Of a stretch of 56,535 bases of DNA, positions 9,972 to 18,659 are shown in pieces. Each line of letters opens with the position of its first letter. The stretch's first letter is position 1. The DNA is from Acidobacteriota bacterium. GTDB lineage: Bacteria > Acidobacteriota > JAAYUB01 > JAMOQF01. Position numbers and translations under genes: made by a program. A model generated the notes under the pieces. That model was not told where the DNA came from. It made no database searches and worked only from the letters and a program-made list of their open reading frames with translations. The stretch is from contig JAMOQF010000055.1 of the NCBI GenBank assembly GCA_027064125.1, forward strand, positions 1 through 56,535, written 5' to 3'.

Positions 9972-10035
9972 GTTTAAATTTGACTTTTTTCTCCCATATT
10001 ATTAAACTTTTGATTTTTAGAGATAAATATCACCT

Positions 10036-11052
10036 ATGGATAAGAATGTAAAAAAAAGAGTTATCTTTATATTTAAACTTGTTGTAACAGTTCTTCTCCT
10101 CTTTTATCTTTTTCACACCAAAGGGGTTAACTTAAAAAAGTCAGTTGAAATTCTTGCAAGATCAAATTATATATATTTTTTCCTTTCTCTTTTTCTTCTT
10201 CTTTTTGGACAATTTATATGTTCCTACAGGTGGAAGGTTATCTTAAAAGCCATGGATATTGACATTTCTCTTTTTAGATTATTTCAGTTTTATTTAATAG
10301 GTATGTTTTTTTCCCTCTTTTTGCCTTCAATTGTGGGAGGGGATTTTGTGAAAATATTTTATGTAAAGGAAGAAAGTGGAAAACCCATATCCTATATAAT
10401 TGCTTCAATATATCTTGAAAGGGCTACCGGATTTTTCTTTTTGATACTATATGGGATATTTGGTGCCTTGATGTATAAAATAAATATAACTTCAAAGGAA
10501 ATTCCACTGTTGAGTAATTTTGGTATCAGAGAAATTGATATTGTATACATTCCCATTTTCTTTTTGCTTCTCTTTGTGTTGGTAAACATAGTTGTTTTTA
10601 CATCAGGACTTTACAATATAGCCATAAAGATGCTTAATAGGCTAAATCTGAAAAAGTTTTCGGAAAAAATTTCAATACTGCACGATGCCACAAGGATTTT
10701 TAGAAATAAACCTTCTGTGTTGATAGTTCCCCTTGTTATTTCTGCGATAAATATTTTTTTTGTAAGTGTGGAAAACTATTTAATAGGTATTGGAATAGGA
10801 ATAAAGGCTTCCTTTTATGCCTATATGATTATTATATCGCTTATGTCCACAGTGGTTATGCTTCCAATTAGTATAAATGGGATTGGTTTGCGCGAAAATA
10901 TATTTGTGGTCCTTTTTTCTCTTATTGGAGTTGATCCCAATAGTAGTTTTTCTCTATCACTTATATCCTTTTTAGTTGTTGTCCTTTCAGCTCTGCCGGG
11001 GGGAGTTGTGTATTCACTGCTTAAAACAAAACCAGTGCCTGAAGAGATTTAG
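10036..11052 (+). CDS. Flippase-like / lysylphosphatidylglycerol-synthase TM-region family (UPF0104) membrane protein
   Basis: Polytopic membrane protein. The N-terminal KLVVTVLLLFYLF...FICSYRWKVIL resembles the LPG_synthase_TM family as I remember it. Confidence 0.65.
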   Translation: MDKNVKKRVIFIFKLVVTVLLLFYLFHTKGVNLKKSVEILARSNYIYFFLSLFLLLFGQFICSYRWKVILKAMDIDISLFRLFQFYLIGMFFSLFLPSIVGGDFVKIFYVKEESGKPISYIIASIYLERATGFFFLILYGIFGALMYKINITSKEIPLLSNFGIREIDIVYIPIFFLLLFVLVNIVVFTSGLYNIAIKMLNRLNLKKFSEKISILHDATRIFRNKPSVLIVPLVISAINIFFVSVENYLIGIGIGIKASFYAYMIIISLMSTVVMLPISINGIGLRENIFVVLFSLIGVDPNSSFSLSLISFLVVVLSALPGGVVYSLLKTKPVPEEI

Positions 11053-11053
11053 T

Positions 11054-11332
11054 ATGGATAGATTTTTTTCCCCTTCAAAAAAGTTTATTGTAAAAAAAAT
11101 ATCCTCGGGCTATATTTTTATACCTCTGGAAAAATTTGAATTAGATGGAGTGTATTCCACAAATGAAGTGGGTTATATAATATATTCCCTTGTGGAAAAA
11201 AAATATACTTTTGAAAAAATCGTAAAATTTTTATGTGATAAATATAATGTGAAAGAAACCCATATAAGAGAAGATGTGAGAAATTTCCTTGAAAATATGA
11301 AAAAAATTGGGATAATTGAAGAAAGAAAATAA
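11054..11332 (+). CDS. PqqD-family small protein (RiPP recognition element-like peptide chaperone)
   Basis: 92 aa from ATG 11054. The pattern ...NEVGYIIYSLVEKKYTFEKIVKFLCDKYNV..E..REDVRNFLENMKKIGII matches the PqqD/RRE winged-helix signature. The longer track ORF from 10976 overlaps the preceding gene and is not needed. Confidence 0.6.
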   Translation: MDRFFSPSKKFIVKKISSGYIFIPLEKFELDGVYSTNEVGYIIYSLVEKKYTFEKIVKFLCDKYNVKETHIREDVRNFLENMKKIGIIEERK

Positions 11333-11348
11333 ATATGAGGAGTTTTTT

Positions 11349-14300
11349 ATGGGGAAAAAAATATTTTTGCCAGTTATCTTTTTCTTTTTGTTTTTTTACA
11401 TTTTTTCAATGCCAATTATCAGATATCCTGCACCATCTCCTGATGGGATGTGGATTGCCTTTACATATCAGGGAGATATCTGGAAGGCTAAAATCGATGG
11501 TACCTTTCCAATGAGACTTACAGATAGTGAATCCTATGATGCTTATCCTGTTTGGTCTACTGATGGGGAAAAGATAGCCTTTTCTTCTAAAAGAAATGGA
11601 AATTTTGATGTTTTTGTAATGGATAGTGATGGAAGAAATTTGAAGCAAATCACCTTTTTTTCAAGGAATGACTATGTACTTGATTGGGATAGTTCTGGAA
11701 ACATTTTCTTTTCATCCCAGAGGGAGTTTACAAAATATTATGGATCCATCAATATTTACAGAGTTTCCTCAAAGGGAGGTACTCCCAAAAGAGTTTTGAA
11801 AAATGACACCTCCTATGGAAAAATAAGTCCTGATGGAAGATATCTACTCTATGTTAAAGGGAGATTTCCCTGGTGGAGACTTCACTATAAAGGCTCTGCA
11901 AATTTTGAAATATATCTTTATGATTTTAAAAGAAAAGAACATATAAGGATGACAGATTACAGGGGAAATGACAATTGGCCCATCTGGTCTCCCGATTCCA
12001 AATCCTTTTATTTTGTTTCAGAAAGGGATGGAAGTATAAATCTTTATAAAATGGATTTAAACACTAAGGAAATTAAAAGGATTACCAATTTCAAAGATTT
12101 GAGAATAACATTTCCATCTTCAAGCAGGAATAAAAATCTTCTTGCTTTTGAAAGAATGGGAAAAGTATATATTCTGGAAAAAGAAAATAAGTTGAGGGAA
12201 CTCAAATTAACTTTACCTGAGGATTTGAAGAGAAATTCTATTGAGAAATTGAGAAAAAGTAGTGATGTCTCAGAAATAGCGGTTTCTCCAGATGGTAAAA
12301 TGGTTGCCTTTGTAGTAAGGGGAGATATATTTGTTTTGAGAAGGGATATAAAAAATTTTAAAAAGGCCAAAAATATTACAAATTCCTGGTGGAGGGAGAA
12401 AAATATTTCCTTTTCTCCCGATGGTAAGAAAATACTTTTTATCTCCGATGAAAATGGAAATGACGATATTTTTACAATTGAGCCAGAGGATGGGAAGTCC
12501 TTTTACGCTTCATTAAAATATAAGATTACACCTATTCTTAAAACTCCTGAAGATGAATTGTTTCCAAAGTATTCCCCTGATGGGAGTAAAATTGCCTTTT
12601 TAAAGGCATCTGGAAATTTGTACACCATGGAGAGCAGCGGAGAAAATGTAAAACTGATTTATAAGTGCTGGAATCAACCTGATTATTCCTGGAGTCCCGA
12701 TGGAAAGTGGATAGCCTTTTCAAAATATGATGGGGACTATAACGCAGATATCTTTATAATGCCTTCAGGTGGTGGAAATGCCATAAACATTACTGAGCAT
12801 CCTGACAACGATATTCATCCCATCTGGTCAAGGGATGGAAAGTTTATTGTGTTTAGTTCCAAAAGAAATGCAGATTATAAGGAAGATAATGTAGATGTCT
12901 ACATGGTGTACCTCACAAAGAGGGATTCTGAAAGGAGTAAAGAAGAGTGGGAAGAGTTGTGGGTTGAAAAAAAGAGTGTAAAAAAGGAAGAGGATAAGAA
13001 AGAAAAGAAGAAGGTAGAGGTAAAAATTGATTTTGAGGATATTTCCTTTAGAGTAAAGAGAATTACTAAATTAACGGGCACTCAGATAGCCCTCGCTACA
13101 TCTCCTGATAGCAGAGAAATCCTCTTTTTATCAGATCACACGGGAAAGACACTTTTGTATAAAATAGATATATTTGGGAAAAATCTGAAAAAGGTTTCAA
13201 ATTCTGAACTTTTAGATTTTGATTCTGAAGAGAGTATTCCAAATGTTGCAATCTGGAATAGTAAGAATAAAAATATTTACTTTATTTCAAAGGGTGGATT
13301 TATCAAAAAGGTATCTGGAAATAAGGAAAAATCAATTCCCTTTCTGGCAAAACTTGTAATAAATCATAAACTTGAGAGAAGGCAGAAGTTTTTAGAGAGT
13401 TGGAGACTCATAAATGACTATTTTTACGACCCCAATTTTCACGGATATGACTGGAAGAGTTTTAGAAATAGGTATCTTCCCCTTGCTGAGAGTTGTGATA
13501 CGATTGAAGATTTTGACGATGTTGTGGATATGATGCTTGGTGAGATAAATGCATCCCACATGGGTATTTATTATCTTAAGAGGCCTAAAGGAGCAGTACA
13601 CACCGGTTTTCTTGGAATTTTGCCCGATGAGAACTACAGCGGAATGGGTATAAAGATTTTAGATGTTTTGAAAAATACACCTGCTTACAGGGATGAAAGC
13701 AGGCTTTATCCAGGAGATATAATTTTATCTGTTGATGGTAAAGAGATAAAACCAGATGTAAATTTTTACTCCCTCTTTGAAGATAAAGTTGGTGAGAAGG
13801 TTTATATAAAAGTTAAGGGAAAGGATGGAAATTTAAGAAATGTGATAATAACTCCAACTGGATTTATGACTGTGAGGCAGGCATATTATGAAAAGTGGGT
13901 AAGTGATAGAAGAGAACTTGTCCACAAATTGAGTAATGGAAGGATTGGATACATACACATTCAGTCCATGGGGCAGCCAAGTCTTGAAAGATTTGAGATG
14001 TTGCTTTATAAAGAGGCACATGATAAGGATGGATTAATAATTGATGTTAGAAATAATGGTGGTGGATGGACAACAGATTATATTCTTGCAATGCTGATGG
14101 TTAGAAATCACGCATATACGAAGGGTAGAGGTTCATGGGAGACTGGCTATCCACAGGATAGAAGGCCACTATATGCCTTTACAAAGCCAATTGTTGCCAT
14201 GTGTAATGAAAATTCCTACAGTAATGCCGAAATATTTTCCTGGGCTATAAAAACTTTAAAGAGGGGTCCCCTTGTTGGCAATCAGACCTTTGGTGCTGTG

Positions 14301-14516
14301 ATTTCAACTGGAGGTGCCTATCTCATAGATGGTTCTCTCCTGAGGCTACCGGGAAGGGGATGGTATGTTGAGGGTAGTGGTATAAATATGGAGCTTCATG
14401 GATGCATGCCTGACTATCTTGTGGAACTTGCTCCATCTGATGAGGAAAATGATAGGGACCCACAACTCATAAAGGCGGTTGAAGTGCTTTTAAAAAATTT
14501 AAAAAATAAAAATTGA
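11349..14516 (+). CDS. Tricorn protease homologue (S41 family: TolB-like beta-propellers + PDZ + C-terminal peptidase)
   Basis: ~1055 aa with repeated SPDG..IAF...G..D(I/V)(F/Y) propeller blades, a PDZ-like region (PGDIILSVDGKEI) and an S41 core (GLIIDVRNNGGG). Start moved to ATG 11349, which has GAGGAG 6 nt upstream and a signal-like MGKKIFLPVIFFFLFF. Confidence 0.85.
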   Translation: MGKKIFLPVIFFFLFFYIFSMPIIRYPAPSPDGMWIAFTYQGDIWKAKIDGTFPMRLTDSESYDAYPVWSTDGEKIAFSSKRNGNFDVFVMDSDGRNLKQITFFSRNDYVLDWDSSGNIFFSSQREFTKYYGSINIYRVSSKGGTPKRVLKNDTSYGKISPDGRYLLYVKGRFPWWRLHYKGSANFEIYLYDFKRKEHIRMTDYRGNDNWPIWSPDSKSFYFVSERDGSINLYKMDLNTKEIKRITNFKDLRITFPSSSRNKNLLAFERMGKVYILEKENKLRELKLTLPEDLKRNSIEKLRKSSDVSEIAVSPDGKMVAFVVRGDIFVLRRDIKNFKKAKNITNSWWREKNISFSPDGKKILFISDENGNDDIFTIEPEDGKSFYASLKYKITPILKTPEDELFPKYSPDGSKIAFLKASGNLYTMESSGENVKLIYKCWNQPDYSWSPDGKWIAFSKYDGDYNADIFIMPSGGGNAINITEHPDNDIHPIWSRDGKFIVFSSKRNADYKEDNVDVYMVYLTKRDSERSKEEWEELWVEKKSVKKEEDKKEKKKVEVKIDFEDISFRVKRITKLTGTQIALATSPDSREILFLSDHTGKTLLYKIDIFGKNLKKVSNSELLDFDSEESIPNVAIWNSKNKNIYFISKGGFIKKVSGNKEKSIPFLAKLVINHKLERRQKFLESWRLINDYFYDPNFHGYDWKSFRNRYLPLAESCDTIEDFDDVVDMMLGEINASHMGIYYLKRPKGAVHTGFLGILPDENYSGMGIKILDVLKNTPAYRDESRLYPGDIILSVDGKEIKPDVNFYSLFEDKVGEKVYIKVKGKDGNLRNVIITPTGFMTVRQAYYEKWVSDRRELVHKLSNGRIGYIHIQSMGQPSLERFEMLLYKEAHDKDGLIIDVRNNGGGWTTDYILAMLMVRNHAYTKGRGSWETGYPQDRRPLYAFTKPIVAMCNENSYSNAEIFSWAIKTLKRGPLVGNQTFGAVISTGGAYLIDGSLLRLPGRGWYVEGSGINMELHGCMPDYLVELAPSDEENDRDPQLIKAVEVLLKNLKNKN

Positions 14517-14527
14517 GGAAGTTAAAT

Positions 14528-14746
14528 ATGAATAGTTCCGACAAAGTTTTATCGGTAAGGATACCTTCAAGTTTAATAGATGAGATAGATAAAGTTGCAA
14601 AAAAGAGAAATATTAGCAGGAGTGTAATTGTAAGAGAAGCCCTTGAGAGTTTTTTTAACTCAAACAGAGATATTCAGATTGAATTTGCCCCCGCAGATAT
14701 TGATGTAAAAGGAAATGAATTTCTGGAAGAAATGGGCTGGGATTGA
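14528..14746 (+). CDS. Ribbon-helix-helix (CopG/MetJ-type) DNA-binding protein
   Basis: VLSVRIPSSLIDEIDKVAKKRNISRSVIVREALESFF is a classic RHH strand-helix-helix. ATG 14528 is preceded by GAGGAAG. Confidence 0.7.
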   Translation: MNSSDKVLSVRIPSSLIDEIDKVAKKRNISRSVIVREALESFFNSNRDIQIEFAPADIDVKGNEFLEEMGWD

Positions 14747-14779
14747 TATCTCTTGAGTGGCTGATTTTTAACTAATTGT

Positions 14780-14808
14780 TTGACTTAAAGAGGGAATTAC
14801 TGTATCTT
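14780..14808 (+). promoter_or_regulatory. Putative sigma-70-type promoter of ahcY
   Basis: TTGACT (14780-14785), a 17-nt spacer, then TATCTT (14803-14808), about 35 nt upstream of the ahcY start. Such matches are frequent in AT-rich DNA. Confidence 0.4.
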
Positions 14809-14842
14809 TTTCACTTATTTAAATTTTATTTTGGGAGATGAT

Positions 14843-16096
14843 ATGGAGTATAAAGTAAAGGATATTTCCCTTGCACCTTTGGGAAAACAAAAAATTGCAT
14901 GGGCTGAATCCAGGATGCCCGTTTTAATGAAGTTGAGGGAAAAATATTCTAAAACAAAACCTTTAAAGGGTTTTAAAATTTCTGGTTGTCTTCATGTTAC
15001 AAAAGAAACTGCAGTTCTTGTGAAAACCTTAAAGGCAGCGGGGGCGCAGGTTTCCTGGAGTGGATGTAATCCCCTTTCCACTAAGGATGATGTGGCAGCA
15101 GCCCTTGCTGAAGAAGGGATTTCAATTTTTGCCTGGCATGGAATGAATAGGGATGAATTTTACTGGTGCATTGAAAAAACCCTTGAGCAAAAGCCCAATT
15201 TAACCCTTGATGATGGAGCAGATTTAATTTTTACTGTTCACTATAAACATCCAGAACTTGCAAAGGAGATAATTGGTGGAACTGAGGAAACCACAACTGG
15301 GGTTCACAGATTGAGGGCTATGGCAAAGGCTAAGAAACTCCTATATCCCGTAATTGCCGTTAATGATGCTGAAACTAAATGGGATTTTGACAATGTATAT
15401 GGCACGGGACAATCTTCAATTGATGGAATTTTGAGATCTACAAACATTATGCTTGCTGGAAAGACCTTTGTTGTCGCTGGATATGGCCATTGTGGAAAGG
15501 GCTGTGCCATGAGGGCTAAGGGAATGGGTGCCAATGTCATTGTAACAGAGGTTAAGCCCACTGCTGCTCTTAAGGCAACCCTTGATGGTTTTAGAGTTAT
15601 GCCCATGGATGAGGCTGCAAAAATTGGAGATATCTTTATTACTGCAACGGGGATGAAGGATGTAATTGTAAAAAGACATTTTGAGAGTATGAAAGATGGT
15701 GCAATTGTGTGTAATACTGGGCACTACGATTGTGAAATAAATATACAGGATCTTGAGGATATTTCCGAGGGTAAAGAAGAGATAAGGCCAAACAATGAGG
15801 AATATAGACTTAAAGATGGAAAAAGGATTTATCTCCTTGCAAAGGGAAGACTTGTAAATCTTGCAGGGGCTGAAGGGCATCCTTCAGAGGTTATGGATAT
15901 GAGTTTTGCAAATCAGTTTATGTCAATGCTAAGACTTGCAAAAGAGGGGAAAAATCTTGAAAACCTTGTGTATGACATCCCTGAAGAGCAGGATCAGGAA
16001 ATTGCGAGATTAAAACTTGAAACAATGGGGATAAATATAGACACGCTTACCCCAGAGCAAATTGCCTACCTTGACGATTATTCAGCAGGTACATAG
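14843..16096 (+). CDS. ahcY: Adenosylhomocysteinase (S-adenosyl-L-homocysteine hydrolase)
   Basis: EYKVKDISLAPLGKQKIAWAESRMPVLM..., the NAD-binding VAGYGHCGKGCA, and C-terminal DDYSAGT are all typical of SAHH. The start is placed at ATG 14843 after GGGAG. Confidence 0.95.
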   Translation: MEYKVKDISLAPLGKQKIAWAESRMPVLMKLREKYSKTKPLKGFKISGCLHVTKETAVLVKTLKAAGAQVSWSGCNPLSTKDDVAAALAEEGISIFAWHGMNRDEFYWCIEKTLEQKPNLTLDDGADLIFTVHYKHPELAKEIIGGTEETTTGVHRLRAMAKAKKLLYPVIAVNDAETKWDFDNVYGTGQSSIDGILRSTNIMLAGKTFVVAGYGHCGKGCAMRAKGMGANVIVTEVKPTAALKATLDGFRVMPMDEAAKIGDIFITATGMKDVIVKRHFESMKDGAIVCNTGHYDCEINIQDLEDISEGKEEIRPNNEEYRLKDGKRIYLLAKGRLVNLAGAEGHPSEVMDMSFANQFMSMLRLAKEGKNLENLVYDIPEEQDQEIARLKLETMGINIDTLTPEQIAYLDDYSAGT

Positions 16097-16100
16097 ATAA

Positions 16101-16134
16101 GATCCCCCATCTTCTGGGGGATCTCTTTATTTTG
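16101..16134 (+). terminator. Rho-independent terminator after ahcY
   Basis: GATCCCCCA (16101-16109) pairs perfectly with TGGGGGATC (16115-16123) around a 5-nt loop, followed by a T-rich tract TCTTTATTTT. Confidence 0.8.
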
Positions 16135-16136
16135 GT

Positions 16137-17138
16137 ATGAAAAAATATTTAAAAAAGTTAAAAATAGGAAAACTTGAAGTATATCCCAATATTTTTCTCG
16201 CTCCCATGGCGGGAATCACAACAAAGTATTTCAGGGAAATTTTAATTTCCCTTGGTGGATGTGGGCTTACTTTTTCAGAATTAATAAGTTCTGAAGCCCT
16301 TATAAGAAATGGGAGGGATTCGTTTAAGATGATGGAAAGGGGTAGGGGAGAGTTTCCATATGCGGTCCAAATATATGGATTTAATCCAGAACACATGGGT
16401 GATGCCGCTAAAATTATAGAAGATGGTGGATATGGAGATTTAATTGATATAAATGCTGGGTGTCCTGCAAGAAAAGTGGTGAAAAATGGTTCTGGTTCAG
16501 CCCTTTTAAAAGATTTGCTCCTCTTTGAAAGAATAATTACAACTGTTAAAAAAAGGATTTCTTTACCAGTGTCTGTAAAGATGAGATCTGGATTTAATAC
16601 TCCCATATTTCTTGAGGCAGGGAAAATTGCGGAAAATTCTGGTGCGTCTTTTATTACTCTTCACCCAAGATTGAGAAGTGAAATGTTTTCAGGTAAATCT
16701 AACTGGGAATATATAAGAGAATTAAAGGAAAGTGTTTCAATACCTGTTGTTGGAAATGGAGATATTTTTTCTCCAGAAGATGGAGTTAGGATGTTTGAGA
16801 AAACGGGTTGCGATGCCATAATGATAGGAAGAGGTATTACCCGCGATCCCTTTCTAATAAAAAACACCTATGATTTTCTTAAAAGTGGTTCATATCTTTC
16901 TGCCTCCATCTGTGAGAAAATTGAAATATTATTAAAAATACTCGATGCAATAGATAAAAACTATCCAGATAAGGCTAAATGTGGTGAGATGAAAAGATAT
17001 TCTTCTTACTTTATACACGGATTTAATGGGGCATCAAAGGTTAGATCCCACATATATCTTCAAAAAAAGAGTGGAGATATAATTTCATTTGTGAAAAAAT
17101 TATATGAGAAAATTAAGGAGGAGGAAAATTGTAAATGA
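16137..17138 (+). CDS. dus: tRNA-dihydrouridine synthase
   Basis: FLAPMAGITTKYFR..., DINAGCPARKV and TLHPR motifs of the Dus TIM-barrel family. Confidence 0.9.
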   Translation: MKKYLKKLKIGKLEVYPNIFLAPMAGITTKYFREILISLGGCGLTFSELISSEALIRNGRDSFKMMERGRGEFPYAVQIYGFNPEHMGDAAKIIEDGGYGDLIDINAGCPARKVVKNGSGSALLKDLLLFERIITTVKKRISLPVSVKMRSGFNTPIFLEAGKIAENSGASFITLHPRLRSEMFSGKSNWEYIRELKESVSIPVVGNGDIFSPEDGVRMFEKTGCDAIMIGRGITRDPFLIKNTYDFLKSGSYLSASICEKIEILLKILDAIDKNYPDKAKCGEMKRYSSYFIHGFNGASKVRSHIYLQKKSGDIISFVKKLYEKIKEEENCK

Positions 17139-18064
17139 AGAATAAAAAGTTGATTAAAACTCCCATAGAAAGAGTTGATTTTCCAGAGTTTCTGAAGTAT
17201 AAAGAGGGAAAGGTAAGACAAATTGTAGACCTTGATGACAAATTACTCATTGTGACCACTGACAGAATCTCTGCCTTTGACTATATTTTGAAATCTCTCA
17301 TACCTTTTAAGGGGATTGTATTGAGCATGTTGAGTCTCTTCTGGTTTGACTACTTTGAAGATGAAGTAAAAAATCACATTATTAGTGGTGATATAAAGGA
17401 TTTTCCAGAAGTGTTTAGGGATTATGAACCATATCTTCTCGGTAGAAGTGTACTTGTCAAAAAGGCAAAGCCACTTCCCGTTGAGTGCATAGTAAGGGGA
17501 TATCTCTCTGGATCTGGTTGGAAGGAGTATTTGAAAAGTGGTGAGGTATGTGGTATTTCCTTACCTGAAGGACTTGAGGAGTCTGAAAAGTTGTCGGAGC
17601 CAATTTTTACACCTTCCACAAAGGCTGAAGAGGGACATGATGAGAATATAACTTTTGAAAAAATGTGTGATATCGTTGGTAGGGAACTTGGGGAAAAAAT
17701 AAGGGAAATTTCAATATCCCTATACCTTAAAGCACATGAATTTGCATATCAAAAGGGTATAATCGTTGCAGATACCAAAATGGAATTTGGCATTTATAAT
17801 GGAGAATTGATTCTCATAGATGAAATTTTTACCCCTGATTGTTCTCGTTTCTGGCCGCTTTCTGGATATGAGGTTGGAAAGAGTCAGGTATCTTATGATA
17901 AACAGTTTGTAAGAGATTTCCTCCTGAAAAGCAATTGGGATAGAAAAAGTGTTCCTCCACCTCTTCCAGATGAAATAGTTTCAAAAACATCTAAAAAGTA
18001 CCTTGAAATATATAAAATTTTAACTGGAGAAGATATTTTAACGAAGTTTGAGGTTTTAAAATGA
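17135..18064 (+). CDS. purC: Phosphoribosylaminoimidazole-succinocarboxamide (SAICAR) synthase
   Basis: GKVRQIVDLDDKLLIVTTDRISAFD and ADTKMEFG motifs. ATGA overlap with the dus stop. Confidence 0.95.
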   Translation: MKNKKLIKTPIERVDFPEFLKYKEGKVRQIVDLDDKLLIVTTDRISAFDYILKSLIPFKGIVLSMLSLFWFDYFEDEVKNHIISGDIKDFPEVFRDYEPYLLGRSVLVKKAKPLPVECIVRGYLSGSGWKEYLKSGEVCGISLPEGLEESEKLSEPIFTPSTKAEEGHDENITFEKMCDIVGRELGEKIREISISLYLKAHEFAYQKGIIVADTKMEFGIYNGELILIDEIFTPDCSRFWPLSGYEVGKSQVSYDKQFVRDFLLKSNWDRKSVPPPLPDEIVSKTSKKYLEIYKILTGEDILTKFEVLK

Positions 18065-18585
18065 ATATTTTAGATCTGTTTATTGTAATAGTTTTTTCAG
18101 TTTCCATTTTTTTTAGTTTTATAAAAGGTTTTATAAGGGAGTTTTTTTCAATTTTATCGGTTATTTTTGGGATCTATCTTGGTAGTTTTTACTACGAGAG
18201 TGTGGGGAATTTTTATAGGGGTATTATTGATAGTAAGGTTCTCAGAGATGTGGCTGGTTTTTTGAGTATATTCTTTGGGATTTTACTGCTTTCTTCCCTT
18301 TTAATATTTTTGTTCAATAAACTTATAAAGGCTGCAAATTTAAAGTGGCTTGACAGAGGGATAGGAGTTTTATTTGGATTTGTAAGGGGTTGGTTAATTA
18401 TAGCTGGAGTTCTTATAGTTATGGTTTCATTTCATTTTAAAGAAAACATGGTGGAAAAATCTAAACTTGCTCCCTACATTTTGACAACTTCAAGAATGAT
18501 GGTTTATATGACCCCTACAAAGGTTAAAAAGATGTTTGAAAGTGAATACGATAAGATATATAAAAAGTGGATTGAAGAGAAATGA
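18061..18585 (+). CDS. cvpA: CvpA-family membrane protein
   Basis: MNILDLFIVIVFSVSIFFSFIKGFIREFFS is the typical CvpA N-terminus, with four TM segments. ATGA overlap with purC. Confidence 0.8.
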   Translation: MNILDLFIVIVFSVSIFFSFIKGFIREFFSILSVIFGIYLGSFYYESVGNFYRGIIDSKVLRDVAGFLSIFFGILLLSSLLIFLFNKLIKAANLKWLDRGIGVLFGFVRGWLIIAGVLIVMVSFHFKENMVEKSKLAPYILTTSRMMVYMTPTKVKKMFESEYDKIYKKWIEEK

Positions 18586-18659
18586 TGTTGTTTTTATTTG
18601 ATCACATTTTTTGTCATTTTAAAGAATTTTAAATTGTGGATTTGAAAGTAGAAAAATAT

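Noticed and set aside
10976-11053. The longer start for the PqqD-like ORF (track ORF 10976..11332), and likewise 11316 for tricorn, 48483 for rmlC, 14513 for the RHH gene and 24126 for the FecR-like gene
   Set aside because: The extensions overlap the preceding genes or lack an RBS. Internal ATGs with Shine-Dalgarno-like sequences at correct spacing give products of canonical length.
14747-14842. SAH or SAM riboswitch upstream of ahcY
   Set aside because: Only ~95 nt are available and a plausible promoter occupies 14780-14808. That leaves a ~30-nt AT-rich leader with no conserved G/C-rich riboswitch core.
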